Source: Candidatus Undinarchaeota archaeon (GTDB lineage Archaea; SpSt-1190; JASMDC01). Taken from it: a DNA stretch of 64,000 bases. The position numbers were made by a program, and so were the translations under genes. Below the pieces are notes generated by a model that saw nothing but the letters and a program-made list of their open reading frames with translations, ran no database searches and was not told where the DNA came from. Shown here piece after piece: positions 48,361-57,977 of this stretch. Location of the stretch: contig CAZFHY010000007.1 of the NCBI GenBank assembly GCA_964519305.1, positions 32,001 to 96,000 of the forward strand. The letters are read 5' to 3'. The first letter of the stretch is position 1; every line of letters starts with the position of its first letter.

Positions 48361-51140
48361 GGGGCACCACCACGCATGTTCTTCCAGTTGCCGGGATTAC
48401 CTTCGAGCATCAGGGGGACACTATCGCTCAGTTCTCCCCCCGGTGAATCCATGGTCACGGTCAGTTCCAGAGATCGCCCACGTGACGGACCTGGAGGGAG
48501 CCTGATCCGGGTGAGGTGTAGCTTCACGCCTTTTTCAGTGCTCACCGAGTGGGATAAGGCCTTGGTGATATCCGTTCCGTCCAGAGTGACAGTGAAGTCG
48601 TCCTCGCTGATCGTGTCCAAGGAAGAGAGTGTCAGGTGGACCTCTATCGAGAAACCTACCGAAAGGAGGAGATTGAACAGAGGCCTATCAGCGGTCCCCG
48701 GATTGATATGAGATATGTGCATGGCTGCAGGAGCATCGCCCACTACGTCCATGAGCATCCGCGCTGCTCCGTTCCGACCGAATGACCAGACCGAGACCTT
48801 GATGTAGTTCGAGGCCGGTGGTGATGATGACTGGAATGTCGCGATCACGATCCACGTACCCGACTCGTGATCATAGGACGCGCTCGAGAACACCGGTTCC
48901 AGTTTATCGAGGGAGATATCGATGTCATCAGCGCTGAGACCCTCCACAGGATTCCCTGACTTGTCGTTGACCTCGAGCTCAAGTCGGATGGAGACACCCT
49001 GTAACAGGTCCGCAGCGTCGATACGCGACGGGGTGAATCGACGGACCTTGACGGTCAACTCGCGGTCTTCAAGTGGGTAGAGTACTTTAATGGCCCTTCG
49101 TACAGCGGAAATGCGTTCGCGATGATGTATTTCGACCACAGCATCATAGTCTCCAGGGGTTATTCGGCCCTCCACTGGAAGAGAGATGCTCCACATGGTC
49201 CCAGTAACGTCAACGGTGGCGTTCTGGGGCTGGAGGAAACCCACCCGTCCTAATGAGCTGACCTCTCTAGATGAGGAGGAATCAAGAGGCACGTCCTCGA
49301 ATCGAACGATTCCGGTCCAAGTTAAGGTGATGCCGTCAGCGATATCGGAGCTGGAGACTTTATTTGGTGTGAAGATCCGTGTCTCGAACTCGAGCTCGGT
49401 CTCGATGCATCCTTCAAGGGTGCATGTCTGACCGGCGTTGCATGACGAGATCGGGCCTCGTTCATCCATACAAAGACAGTGTCCGGAGCACACTTCACCG
49501 AGCGTGATGCAATCGAACTCCTTGCTCCCTTGACGTGCTTTGCATGAACCGGGGATCTGAACGATGATATAGGGTGACGTGCGTGGTTGTGGTTGGCACC
49601 CGTGCGGATCACAGATATCAGTTGGTCGACAAGCGGCAACTGGCTCACCACTGTTATCGAAGCAGAGGCAGCCGGGGATGGACGTCGAAAGCGCACTACA
49701 GTGCTGTCCCTCTAGAAGGCAAGCGATTGGCTCGCCATCCACCAGGAACGAACCCCTATGGCAGAGGGACTCCATGGGCGAACTGACCACGGGTTCCCAC
49801 TCTTGTACCTCGATAACACGGGATGCCATTCCCGTGAGCCTCCCATGGGAGTAGACGCGCGCCTGAACTATATAGGGCCCCGGAGAAATGGTCTCGTCCA
49901 GACTGATGCTACGCTCACCGCACCCTTCGGTCCGCGTTACAGCGTTCAGCTCATCATCGAGAACGGAGGTCTCGCACGACTCACCCGAGCTCTCGATCTT
50001 GACCACTACGTCATCACCAGGTCGATAGTCCTCGCGGTCAACGACGATCTCTGCATGGTCCGGAGCAAGACCTACAAGATCGACAGGAACGGTCACTGTG
50101 CTCATCGCCCACCAGGTTATCCCTGTGATACGGACCTGATAGCGTCCAGGGACCCATGTGGTGGACGTGCCCAGTGCCATTCTTGAGCAGTCCTCGAACT
50201 CTGAGCGTGCGATTTCACCCGTGTCCGGGGACACCAGAGAGATCTGGCATCGATCGATCTGCTCTTCCGTGGTCACTGAGATTATAATGGGCTCTCCAAG
50301 GCTGAGACCGTCACTCTGTAGGTCGACCTCGAAGGGGAGCTCTTGTTTGTTGATTGTGACAGGAGATGTCCCGAAATCTGCCTTGCCGGTGTCAAGGGAG
50401 AGCATTACGAGCTCGTAGGTACCCGGTGCGGTCCCCTGAGGAACGGATAGAAAGAAGGATTCGCATCCCTGCGAGGATGAGAGGACTATGACGTTGTCAC
50501 CGTCCATAAGGGCCCCGATGCAGAGGATACCGTCAGTAGACGGCAGATTGATTACATCCCCCGAGTCATAATAACCACCAGGGACATCGACCTGAAGTTG
50601 CCTCGTATCCTCGTTCACCACGAACGTGGATCTGATTGGTGTATCGAGCGGCCCCCCGATGATCGTCTCATGAGATGGATAACGTATGATGATCTCACGG
50701 CTGGACGCAAATATCCCGGGGGAGATCGTGAACTGAAGCGGACGATAAGTGAGGGCGAAGGATGTGGATGCCTGGCCGTCAGTGAGCTGGAGGTCCTCGA
50801 CAGTGATTCCCCCTGGGACCACTACAGTGAACACCACTCGTCTTTGGAGAGTGTCAACCAAAGCACCGCACGAAAGCGCATGTGGTAGCGTGGTGCATCG
50901 ACGTTCGAGAGATGACTGCTTAGGCAGTTCTCCGTCGTCCGGGAATGAATATGTAAGGATGGTCGTGATATAGGAAAGGGATGACACGTCCACTTCCTCG
51001 AGAAGTGAAGGTATCGTTGCTGCCGAAGATGGCAGGAGCAGGAGGATGAGGCAGATAAGGAGGACATTGACGAATGGCTTGCGGGGACATGGACTACCTT
51101 TGTACTTCGCTCGCCAGGAAGTACCGCATGTCTTGGTCAT
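48357..51140 (-). CDS. Component A': secreted multi-Ig-like protein, paralog of A
   Basis: Hydrophobic signal VLLICLILLLLPSSAA; MESLC..CLCFDNSG..; GNPGNWKN C-terminus. Start set at ATG 51140 (GAGGG upstream). Confidence 0.8.
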   Translation of the reverse strand: MTKTCGTSWRAKYKGSPCPRKPFVNVLLICLILLLLPSSAATIPSLLEEVDVSSLSYITTILTYSFPDDGELPKQSSLERRCTTLPHALSCGALVDTLQRRVVFTVVVPGGITVEDLQLTDGQASTSFALTYRPLQFTISPGIFASSREIIIRYPSHETIIGGPLDTPIRSTFVVNEDTRQLQVDVPGGYYDSGDVINLPSTDGILCIGALMDGDNVIVLSSSQGCESFFLSVPQGTAPGTYELVMLSLDTGKADFGTSPVTINKQELPFEVDLQSDGLSLGEPIIISVTTEEQIDRCQISLVSPDTGEIARSEFEDCSRMALGTSTTWVPGRYQVRITGITWWAMSTVTVPVDLVGLAPDHAEIVVDREDYRPGDDVVVKIESSGESCETSVLDDELNAVTRTEGCGERSISLDETISPGPYIVQARVYSHGRLTGMASRVIEVQEWEPVVSSPMESLCHRGSFLVDGEPIACLLEGQHCSALSTSIPGCLCFDNSGEPVAACRPTDICDPHGCQPQPRTSPYIIVQIPGSCKARQGSKEFDCITLGEVCSGHCLCMDERGPISSCNAGQTCTLEGCIETELEFETRIFTPNKVSSSDIADGITLTWTGIVRFEDVPLDSSSSREVSSLGRVGFLQPQNATVDVTGTMWSISLPVEGRITPGDYDAVVEIHHRERISAVRRAIKVLYPLEDRELTVKVRRFTPSRIDAADLLQGVSIRLELEVNDKSGNPVEGLSADDIDISLDKLEPVFSSASYDHESGTWIVIATFQSSSPPASNYIKVSVWSFGRNGAARMLMDVVGDAPAAMHISHINPGTADRPLFNLLLSVGFSIEVHLTLSSLDTISEDDFTVTLDGTDITKALSHSVSTEKGVKLHLTRIRLPPGPSRGRSLELTVTMDSPGGELSDSVPLMLEGNPGNWKNMRGGAP

Positions 51141-51154
51141 CGTTGTTCCCTCTG

Positions 51155-54100
51155 TCACGAGATGATACACCCGCACGAGCAGTCCCCGGTAAGCATCTCA
51201 CAAGATTGTGGATCGAATGAGAAACTGCAGTACTGGGCGCAGTCCTCGCACGCTAGAGCTAGTTTGCATGACTCGCTCGAAATAGTGGTCGCGATCTTTC
51301 CTGGTCGTTGTGACATCTCCACCAAGCCCACGTCCAATCGGGCGTACGGGAACAAGTTACGGTCCCCCAGGAGGTCAAGCCAGCTTGAACCAGTGGTGGT
51401 CTCTGCCAGAACTAGGAGCTGGTAGCCCTCGCCCGACTGAGCTGTGAATGCTGGTGTAGACAGGGATATTGACTGTCGTGATGCGAGTGAGATACCACTC
51501 TCCATGGCGAAAGCATCGTTGTAGACTCCATCATCATCGAGCACACGTAGCGTGATGTCACCGTCGAACACTATCGGCTCAGTGTTGATTATCGTGGCGT
51601 GCCCTTGGGCCCATCCCTCGATGAATAGACGGTTGATCTTCTGATCAATGTCATCGGTGAAGAACATGTCCCTCAACGTAAGTTCAGGTCGGACCACCTC
51701 CAAGGATGCATCCTGATACAGGGAACGGAGGTAGGCTACATTATCATTGCACCTGACCGTCATGTTATCAGCGTTGCACGCGGACACAACCATCCCTTGG
51801 GATTGGAAGCGAGCAGAGAGCACGAGCGAACCACCGCTCAGTAGATCGGCACCCATTTCGATAGTCCCGCCGACCATTGAATCCGTGAGCTCGAAGGGCT
51901 CTGTCTCAAGCGAGTAGATACCAGGGCCAGACACGGACATGTTCGTGATAGACGTCTTAACGGGGCCGTCCTCGTCAAGTGCAACGACAAGTCCCGTGAG
52001 TGGGAATTCGGTCGTCGCCAGCTCTACTACACCAACGACTGTCTCGCCAGGGTAGATCTGTGTGATCCGCTCACCCGTTGTTGTAGTGAAGTACACATCG
52101 AGCACGGTGATGTTCTCCATCGTGAACACTGCACAGAGCTCACCCTCTCCACGTCCAATGACCCCTGACGCTCCGCTGACCTCGCCCCTCGGGTATAAAG
52201 TGGTGTTCTCAAGGTCAGATGCGATGAGGAAAGGTTGCGCTGTGATGGATACGGTGGCGTCAGGTAGTAGCATACCTAGGTCGTGGTTGGCAGTGAGGGA
52301 TTGGAAGCGTTCATCGCATGGACAAGCACATTGCTGGTCCGTTCCGCACTCATCACAATGGCAGTCTGACAGGATGCGAAGATCGATGGCCAAGGAACCG
52401 CTGACCGACAACAGCCCACGGTTGCGCACGGTGACGCCTGCTCGCACCGTCTCGTCCAGGTAAAGTGCTCTGACTGGTCGTCCGCTCCTGAGGATGGCGG
52501 GTCTGATGTCCAGGTCGGGCGCCAGTGCATGGCACATGCGCTCGCATGTTTCAGTACCGTCCTCCCGCCGACACCGAACACGACATCCCTGGACGGTCGG
52601 ATCAACAGCGGCCTCGTGGACAGGAGCATCGCGACATCGTTCCACACACCGGACCTGAAGAGTTGCGTTCGTCGGGAACCGGTCCAAGCATGCCACTTCG
52701 CATGTGGGACCAAGGGCCAGACACTCCGCTGTGATAGCTTCTTCCTCGAAGCCATCGTAGCAGCACATACCGGTCGGTGAGGTCACCGTCTGACATCGGT
52801 CGAAGAAAGGTGACGGGATCTGTTCGGTCAGGGGAAGACACTCCTGGTCGGGATCGAGCGGGGGACGGGTCCAGTCCAGCGCCATGGTCGTGTTGAACAA
52901 CCGGGAACAGCACCCGAGGGCCTGAAGCTGTTTGCTGTGGCCTACCGTTGTGCATGGAGCGTGGGTCGTCGTCCATCCGGTCCCGGCCTCGCATACGCAT
53001 ACACCGGCCTGCGCATGGCAATGGGAGGCGGTAGAACCGTGACATCTCATGCAGACCACGGAGCAGTCCTGATGCGGAGTGTTGTATGCCAGGCAAGCGC
53101 CATCACCCACGAATATCTCTTCTGTCACCATACCCGCGATAGTGGCCACGACCATCGTTGCAGCGCTATTGTACCGGTCGAGGTTCGGGATGGAAAGGGT
53201 GTAGGACAGGTCCTCCACACTGCATGAGCCGCACCACGAGGGTCCGCCGCCCATTGGCATCCCGGGAGGACCACCGCCACCAGGTATGTCTATCGTAAAC
53301 GTCTCGATGATGTCCTCCGGTTCCCCGACGAGCCACGTGAAGAATCCCATGGGGGGTCCGAAGACCGAAGGGAGATAGTCGTAGTATCCGGCATCCGGGT
53401 CAAGGAAAATGTTAGCGGGATCGACAGCGTTCTGTATATAGTCCACGCCCTGTTGCGCCGGTGTCTTATCTCCCTCACGGACGGTTTCGATCACCTTTGT
53501 CTTATTCTCATCACCCGGTTCGCAACAGTACTGGCAGTCATGGGCCACTCCTGAACCACCACGACCGGTGCATTGCCGGTCGCTACATCCATCCCCCTCG
53601 CAATGCATCGCGTTCGCCGCCAGCCATGCCTTGCATGATGGCTTGCAGGCACCGGCCAACCACTTGCACCCGGGCGAACGCTGCTCGCACGCTGCCTTGT
53701 TGGGATAGTTACACGCTTCTGCATCCTCATCGTCCTCTGTCACAGGCTCGCGGTCGAAGCATGGTCCGGACGCGTACTGCCGGCAGTGACTCTTCCAGCC
53801 GCTCCCGCCTGTAAGCCCGACACCCACGGCCCTCGCAGGTCCCTCTCCCCGACCGATGTCCGTGAACACGCTCGGATCTGCAAGGGTGGCGATGACAGCA
53901 CGCATTTCGGTCTGGAAGCTGGTAATGTTGTAGTCGTCTGTGGTGAACGATGCGCCGATCGTGGACTCAAGGCGCTGAAGGTCCTCTTCGATGCGGTCAG
54001 GTGTCAATCCGCTCGCCGTAGCCTCGCGCACCCGTCCGGCCATGTCGTCCATCGTATCGGCGAGCTCGGGTAGGAGGGGGATCACGGTCCCAGAAAGGTA

Positions 54101-54793
54101 GCCGTTGAGTTCTTCCACCGTCTGTGCAAGATCGCATACGTTGGCATTCTTACCGAAAGTGCATACATCGTTGATAGCGTGGACCATTCGGGAGCACTCC
54201 AACACTTTCACGGGGGCAGGAAGGCTCTTATCATGGGAATCGCAATCATGTCCCTTGCGTTCGGGGATGTTCTCGCAGAGGACACATGAAGAGCTACTAC
54301 CACTGCAACGGGCCCTCGCTGCAATTCCACAGACCTTTGGTTCCACGATACTGGTCGGTGCCAGTTCGAGACCGCTCCCGCAGTGGGGATAATCTGCCGA
54401 GATGAACTCGTTCCTTACCTGGATGCATAAGGTACACTGGATCCGTAACGCTTGGGTAAGCAGCTCCAGATCCTCGCTCATAGCACCGTAGAACGCGTCA
54501 GCTCGCTCGTAGAACGCTTTGCCCTCTTCGAGATAGTGCACGATGTTGGTGTATGGGCGCGCCGAACAGTCCATTAGCGCAGCATTCAAGGGAACTGCAG
54601 TGTCATTGATGATCACTCCCCCTCTAACAGGGAAAGGCATCTGACAGGCACTACCGCTAGTGTAGTCTATCGCCATCGGCGTGGGTGATGGAGTCGGGGT
54701 GGCATCTTCACTACAAGTCGGCGATATGATAATGAACGCAATTATGACTAGGATCAGGGGATTCTGCCATTTCACATAGGATCTCAGGCCCAC
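51155..54793 (-). CDS. Component C4: shorter divergent C-family Cys-rich secreted protein (1212 aa)
   Basis: Gapless 51-aa match to the C1 helical block; shared TGxCC motif, Ig-like domains and 8-Cys C-terminus; lacks the N-terminal repeat array. Confidence 0.82.
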   Translation of the reverse strand: MGLRSYVKWQNPLILVIIAFIIISPTCSEDATPTPSPTPMAIDYTSGSACQMPFPVRGGVIINDTAVPLNAALMDCSARPYTNIVHYLEEGKAFYERADAFYGAMSEDLELLTQALRIQCTLCIQVRNEFISADYPHCGSGLELAPTSIVEPKVCGIAARARCSGSSSSCVLCENIPERKGHDCDSHDKSLPAPVKVLECSRMVHAINDVCTFGKNANVCDLAQTVEELNGYLSGTVIPLLPELADTMDDMAGRVREATASGLTPDRIEEDLQRLESTIGASFTTDDYNITSFQTEMRAVIATLADPSVFTDIGRGEGPARAVGVGLTGGSGWKSHCRQYASGPCFDREPVTEDDEDAEACNYPNKAACEQRSPGCKWLAGACKPSCKAWLAANAMHCEGDGCSDRQCTGRGGSGVAHDCQYCCEPGDENKTKVIETVREGDKTPAQQGVDYIQNAVDPANIFLDPDAGYYDYLPSVFGPPMGFFTWLVGEPEDIIETFTIDIPGGGGPPGMPMGGGPSWCGSCSVEDLSYTLSIPNLDRYNSAATMVVATIAGMVTEEIFVGDGACLAYNTPHQDCSVVCMRCHGSTASHCHAQAGVCVCEAGTGWTTTHAPCTTVGHSKQLQALGCCSRLFNTTMALDWTRPPLDPDQECLPLTEQIPSPFFDRCQTVTSPTGMCCYDGFEEEAITAECLALGPTCEVACLDRFPTNATLQVRCVERCRDAPVHEAAVDPTVQGCRVRCRREDGTETCERMCHALAPDLDIRPAILRSGRPVRALYLDETVRAGVTVRNRGLLSVSGSLAIDLRILSDCHCDECGTDQQCACPCDERFQSLTANHDLGMLLPDATVSITAQPFLIASDLENTTLYPRGEVSGASGVIGRGEGELCAVFTMENITVLDVYFTTTTGERITQIYPGETVVGVVELATTEFPLTGLVVALDEDGPVKTSITNMSVSGPGIYSLETEPFELTDSMVGGTIEMGADLLSGGSLVLSARFQSQGMVVSACNADNMTVRCNDNVAYLRSLYQDASLEVVRPELTLRDMFFTDDIDQKINRLFIEGWAQGHATIINTEPIVFDGDITLRVLDDDGVYNDAFAMESGISLASRQSISLSTPAFTAQSGEGYQLLVLAETTTGSSWLDLLGDRNLFPYARLDVGLVEMSQRPGKIATTISSESCKLALACEDCAQYCSFSFDPQSCEMLTGDCSCGCIIS

Positions 54794-54933
54794 GTCATCT
54801 TCACCGTTCTTGTCCGTTTAGGATAGTCCCCTCTACCCGGTAGTTGTTTCTGCCCTGTGTCATTAATAAGACTAAGCCTTGAGGACTGATGTGGGCCTCT
54901 GAAGGGCCGTCTGCTCGTGGAGAAGCGACGCAC

Positions 54934-55206
54934 TTATTCTGGCTCTTCCCGCTTCTTCTTCTCCTTGACCTTGAGGCCAGCAGTGAGTAGCTTGGAAAGG
55001 GTCTGCATCTTCTGGGTCACATCGCCAGACTCGACCATGAGCTTGTTCGTGAGGTCTATACCGAACTCAAGGTCCTTGGCCTCACCGCTCTTTAGCTCCT
55101 TGGTTGCCAGGGCGATCTGGATGTCGTGGATCTCGAACCTGATGTTATCGATATCTCCGAGTATCTCGTTGCATAGGCTCGAAGCTTCCTTGAGTTTCAT
55201 GGCCAC
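54934..55206 (-). CDS. Small helical/coiled-coil hypothetical protein
   Basis: 90-aa amphipathic ORF; AT-rich TATA-like stretch at ~55218-55230. Confidence 0.6.
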   Translation of the reverse strand: MAMKLKEASSLCNEILGDIDNIRFEIHDIQIALATKELKSGEAKDLEFGIDLTNKLMVESGDVTQKMQTLSKLLTAGLKVKEKKKREEPE

Positions 55207-55259
55207 GCCCTGCCGGATAATATATATAAACCCTTTGACATCCGCATTACGAGGCCGCA

Positions 55260-56030
55260 GTGGACGAGGACGTAATGTCAGGGCTCCGCCTTCTCGACCG
55301 TGCGCTCATACTAACGAATGAGGAGCGGATCCTCCTTGTCTCGGACCTTCATCTTGGTTTGGACCTTGAGCTACGGAAGAAGGGTGTCACGATCCCTTAT
55401 CAGACAGACCGTATCAAGAAGAACCTTCTCTCTATCACACGGTCTGAAACCCCTGATCGGGTCGTGATATTGGGCGATGTACGGCACGCGATACCCGTCG
55501 CGACGCGTGGTGAGGTCGTTCATATCCCTCGTTTCCTTGAAGATATCAGGAAGGAAGTTTCCCTTACTATCGTTCCGGGGAACCACGATGCTGGTATACG
55601 CGACCTTGTACCCCCGGATGTAGAAGTCGTATCGTCACGGGGTATACGACATGGTGAGGTAGGGCTGTTCCACGGTCATACGTGGCCGGGGGCCGAAGCC
55701 TTGTCAGCAGAGACGCTGATCTGCGGGCATGTCCATCCGTGTGTCACCCTCACTGATGAGGGGGGTCATCCATACCGTCTGACGTGCTGGGTCAAGGCCG
55801 ACCTCGACCGTGAGACTCTTGTCGAGCGTTACCCTGACGTGGACGTACGGGCGCGACGTCTAATAATTATGCCAGCGTTCAATCCGCTTATCACGGGACA
55901 GAGCCTCAACACTGGAAAGCGACCTCTGGGCCCGATCCTCAGGAACAACATTGCCATCCCTGAGAGCTTATCGTACACTTTATTGGACGGTACACACCTT
56001 GGAAGGATAGATGAGGTACCTACAAAGTGA
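55260..56030 (+). CDS. Calcineurin-like metallophosphoesterase
   Basis: SDLHLG, LGD, GNHD, HGH and GHVHP motifs; IMPAFN. Confidence 0.9.
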   Translation: MDEDVMSGLRLLDRALILTNEERILLVSDLHLGLDLELRKKGVTIPYQTDRIKKNLLSITRSETPDRVVILGDVRHAIPVATRGEVVHIPRFLEDIRKEVSLTIVPGNHDAGIRDLVPPDVEVVSSRGIRHGEVGLFHGHTWPGAEALSAETLICGHVHPCVTLTDEGGHPYRLTCWVKADLDRETLVERYPDVDVRARRLIIMPAFNPLITGQSLNTGKRPLGPILRNNIAIPESLSYTLLDGTHLGRIDEVPTK

Positions 56031-56061
56031 CCAGGATAGGTGTCACTGGGGAGAAAAAGGT

Positions 56062-56083
56062 GGGTGTGGCGTGAACCACACCC
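56062..56083 (+). terminator. GC-rich hairpin downstream of the phosphoesterase gene
   Basis: GGGTGTGG-cgtgaa-CCACACCC, a perfect 8-bp stem followed by GTTT. Confidence 0.35.
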
Positions 56084-56267
56084 GTTTCCACCCCCAAGGT
56101 AAGAAACTGGAAAGGTAAAATTGGTTTCATGGTTTATAAAGAAATGCCCGGCATCGAACGAAGGAACGTGCTCCATTGGGCGAAATAGAGAAGAATCTTC
56201 CGTTATTTGATCGAGTTCTCCGAAACGACTGCTCATGATTTAAAAACGTTAGTCCACGGACGAAAAC

Positions 56268-56894
56268 GTGACGGTGGACCATAGCTCAAAGCTCACATGG
56301 AAACGGTATTACAGCGAATGGGCGGTCGATTACGACGGGGATGTGATCACTTATGGTTACAGACCGATGGGTGTTCTCAAGAAGGCTTCCGAATCTGTGA
56401 CCATCGGCCCCAGGATACTTGACATAGGTGCAGGGACCTCCTTATGGTTCGTGTCAAGAAGTGAGATAGTCAAGGGAGAGAAGAGCACTGCTGTTGCGCT
56501 TGATATCTCACGAGAGATGTTAGAACGATCACGGTGGAGAGGTGCTGAGCCTGTACAGGGAGACGCGGAATCATTACCCTTCGCTCAAGGGAGCTTTGAT
56601 ACGGTACTGGCCCTTGAGCTAATCGAGGCCCTTCCTCGACCGGCGGCCTTTTTTGATGAGGTGAGGCGAGTCCTTCGTCCCGGTGGTTCTCTCGTCCTTA
56701 CCCTTGAGCTTCCTGGAGCGGATAACGTCGGGCTCCCGGGTAAGGAGATCATTGGAGGGGACATCATCAGACACTCTGTCGACGACATCATCGCGATGAT
56801 CGAGGGCGCCGGTCTCGAGCCCGTCGTCAATTTCCGGACCCGAGGATTCCACGTCTACGAGATCGTTGTCTTCTGTGCCACTGCGCCCGTCTAG
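56268..56894 (+). CDS. Class I SAM-dependent methyltransferase
   Basis: ILDIGAGT, ALDISREML, GDAESLPF..SFD and RVLRPGG motifs. Confidence 0.9.
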   Translation: MTVDHSSKLTWKRYYSEWAVDYDGDVITYGYRPMGVLKKASESVTIGPRILDIGAGTSLWFVSRSEIVKGEKSTAVALDISREMLERSRWRGAEPVQGDAESLPFAQGSFDTVLALELIEALPRPAAFFDEVRRVLRPGGSLVLTLELPGADNVGLPGKEIIGGDIIRHSVDDIIAMIEGAGLEPVVNFRTRGFHVYEIVVFCATAPV

Positions 56895-57977
56895 GTACTT
56901 CTTCTTGAGCGCTAACCAATGGACCATCCGTTCCTGCCACTCGTCAAGGATCGAAGGCTCCATGAGAAGGATCAGGAAATAACCATAGAAGAGCGAGAAC
57001 ACATGGAGGAGGTGCGCTTCGGGACGACGCATGTTGTCCACGGTCTGTCGATATGCTTGTGTTTCGTTCCGTACCTGTGCGAGCTGCCTGTTCGCGTCCT
57101 TCACGCGAACGGATAGCTCGTGTTGTCGTTGATTGAGCTCTGTAAGCGATTCATTGACAAGGAATCGCTCGACACGGATGCCCTCTAACGTCCTGTTGAC
57201 GTCCATTGTCCGCTCAATGAATTCGTCATGGGTGATAGTGCCGTTCGCTAGCGAAAGTTCCAGGAAGGTCCTGTTCTTCGTAGCCTCGTCCTCTAGCGTA
57301 CCGAGACGGATGTCTGTTGTCGTCTTGATCTCGACCTCGTCCTCTACGGAACTGAGCTCGCTCTGGGTGCTCTCCACCGTAGCGGTCGCTATCCATTCGG
57401 CAGTAATGCCATCGGAAAGACGGTCGTATACACGCTCGGTGATATCGGAACGGAGGACGGGAAGAACGATGAATCCCATGACAAATAGCGCGATCAGAGA
57501 CTCCCGGGGTCGGGAAACGACCCCTGCTCCGATACAGCACCAGATAAGACCTGAGGCTCCGACGAGGATCGTCTTGGGTGAGAGCGCTGCAAAGAATATA
57601 CTGGACCCGATGATAGAAAGGAGGAAGAACATCGCTGCACGTCGCGGGCGGAGACGGAGCTCGAGTATGGTGCCGAACACAGCAAGGAGCCCGATGTTCA
57701 TGATAAGATGGCCGGGATAGAGGTGGATAAGAGAATATGACAGGTAAGTAAGTGGTCGTGAGATGTGAAGCCCGTAACGGGAAACGGTCTTGAGGGTCGG
57801 TGAAACGAGCAGACTACCTCCCGTGAACCACAGATAAAGGAATACTATTGTGGCCAAGAATGAAAGGGTGACGACTGGCCAGATAGCGTCTTGAATTGTG
57901 GCCTTCTTACGATCGCCGTCGATTACCGGTCCCTCCGCTTTTCGTGATTCCGAAGGAATCTTAAGTATTTGCACCAA
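56619..57977 (-). CDS. Rhomboid-family intramembrane serine protease with large coiled-coil insertion
   Basis: HLYPGHLIMN (HxxxN), LELRL, GASG catalytic Ser, AHLLH catalytic His region. Both termini uncertain. Confidence 0.78.
   Translation of the reverse strand: MVQILKIPSESRKAEGPVIDGDRKKATIQDAIWPVVTLSFLATIVFLYLWFTGGSLLVSPTLKTVSRYGLHISRPLTYLSYSLIHLYPGHLIMNIGLLAVFGTILELRLRPRRAAMFFLLSIIGSSIFFAALSPKTILVGASGLIWCCIGAGVVSRPRESLIALFVMGFIVLPVLRSDITERVYDRLSDGITAEWIATATVESTQSELSSVEDEVEIKTTTDIRLGTLEDEATKNRTFLELSLANGTITHDEFIERTMDVNRTLEGIRVERFLVNESLTELNQRQHELSVRVKDANRQLAQVRNETQAYRQTVDNMRRPEAHLLHVFSLFYGYFLILLMEPSILDEWQERMVHWLALKKKYLDGRSGTEDNDLVDVESSGPEIDDGLETGALDHRDDVVDRVSDDVPSNDLLTREPDVIRSRKLKGKDERTTGTKDSPHLIKKGRRSRKGLD

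Noticed and set aside
27340-54793. C proteins as multiheme cytochromes or polyferredoxins
   Set aside because: CxxCH is rare (CRNCH in C1, CMRCH in C4) and not conserved between paralogs. No recurring CxxCxxCxxxCP ferredoxin motif was seen, and paired Cys losses fit disulfides.
22573-54930. Giant locus as a mobile element or prophage
   Set aside because: No integrase, transposase, terminal repeats, tRNA target or phage genes were recognised, and the composition resembles the flanks.
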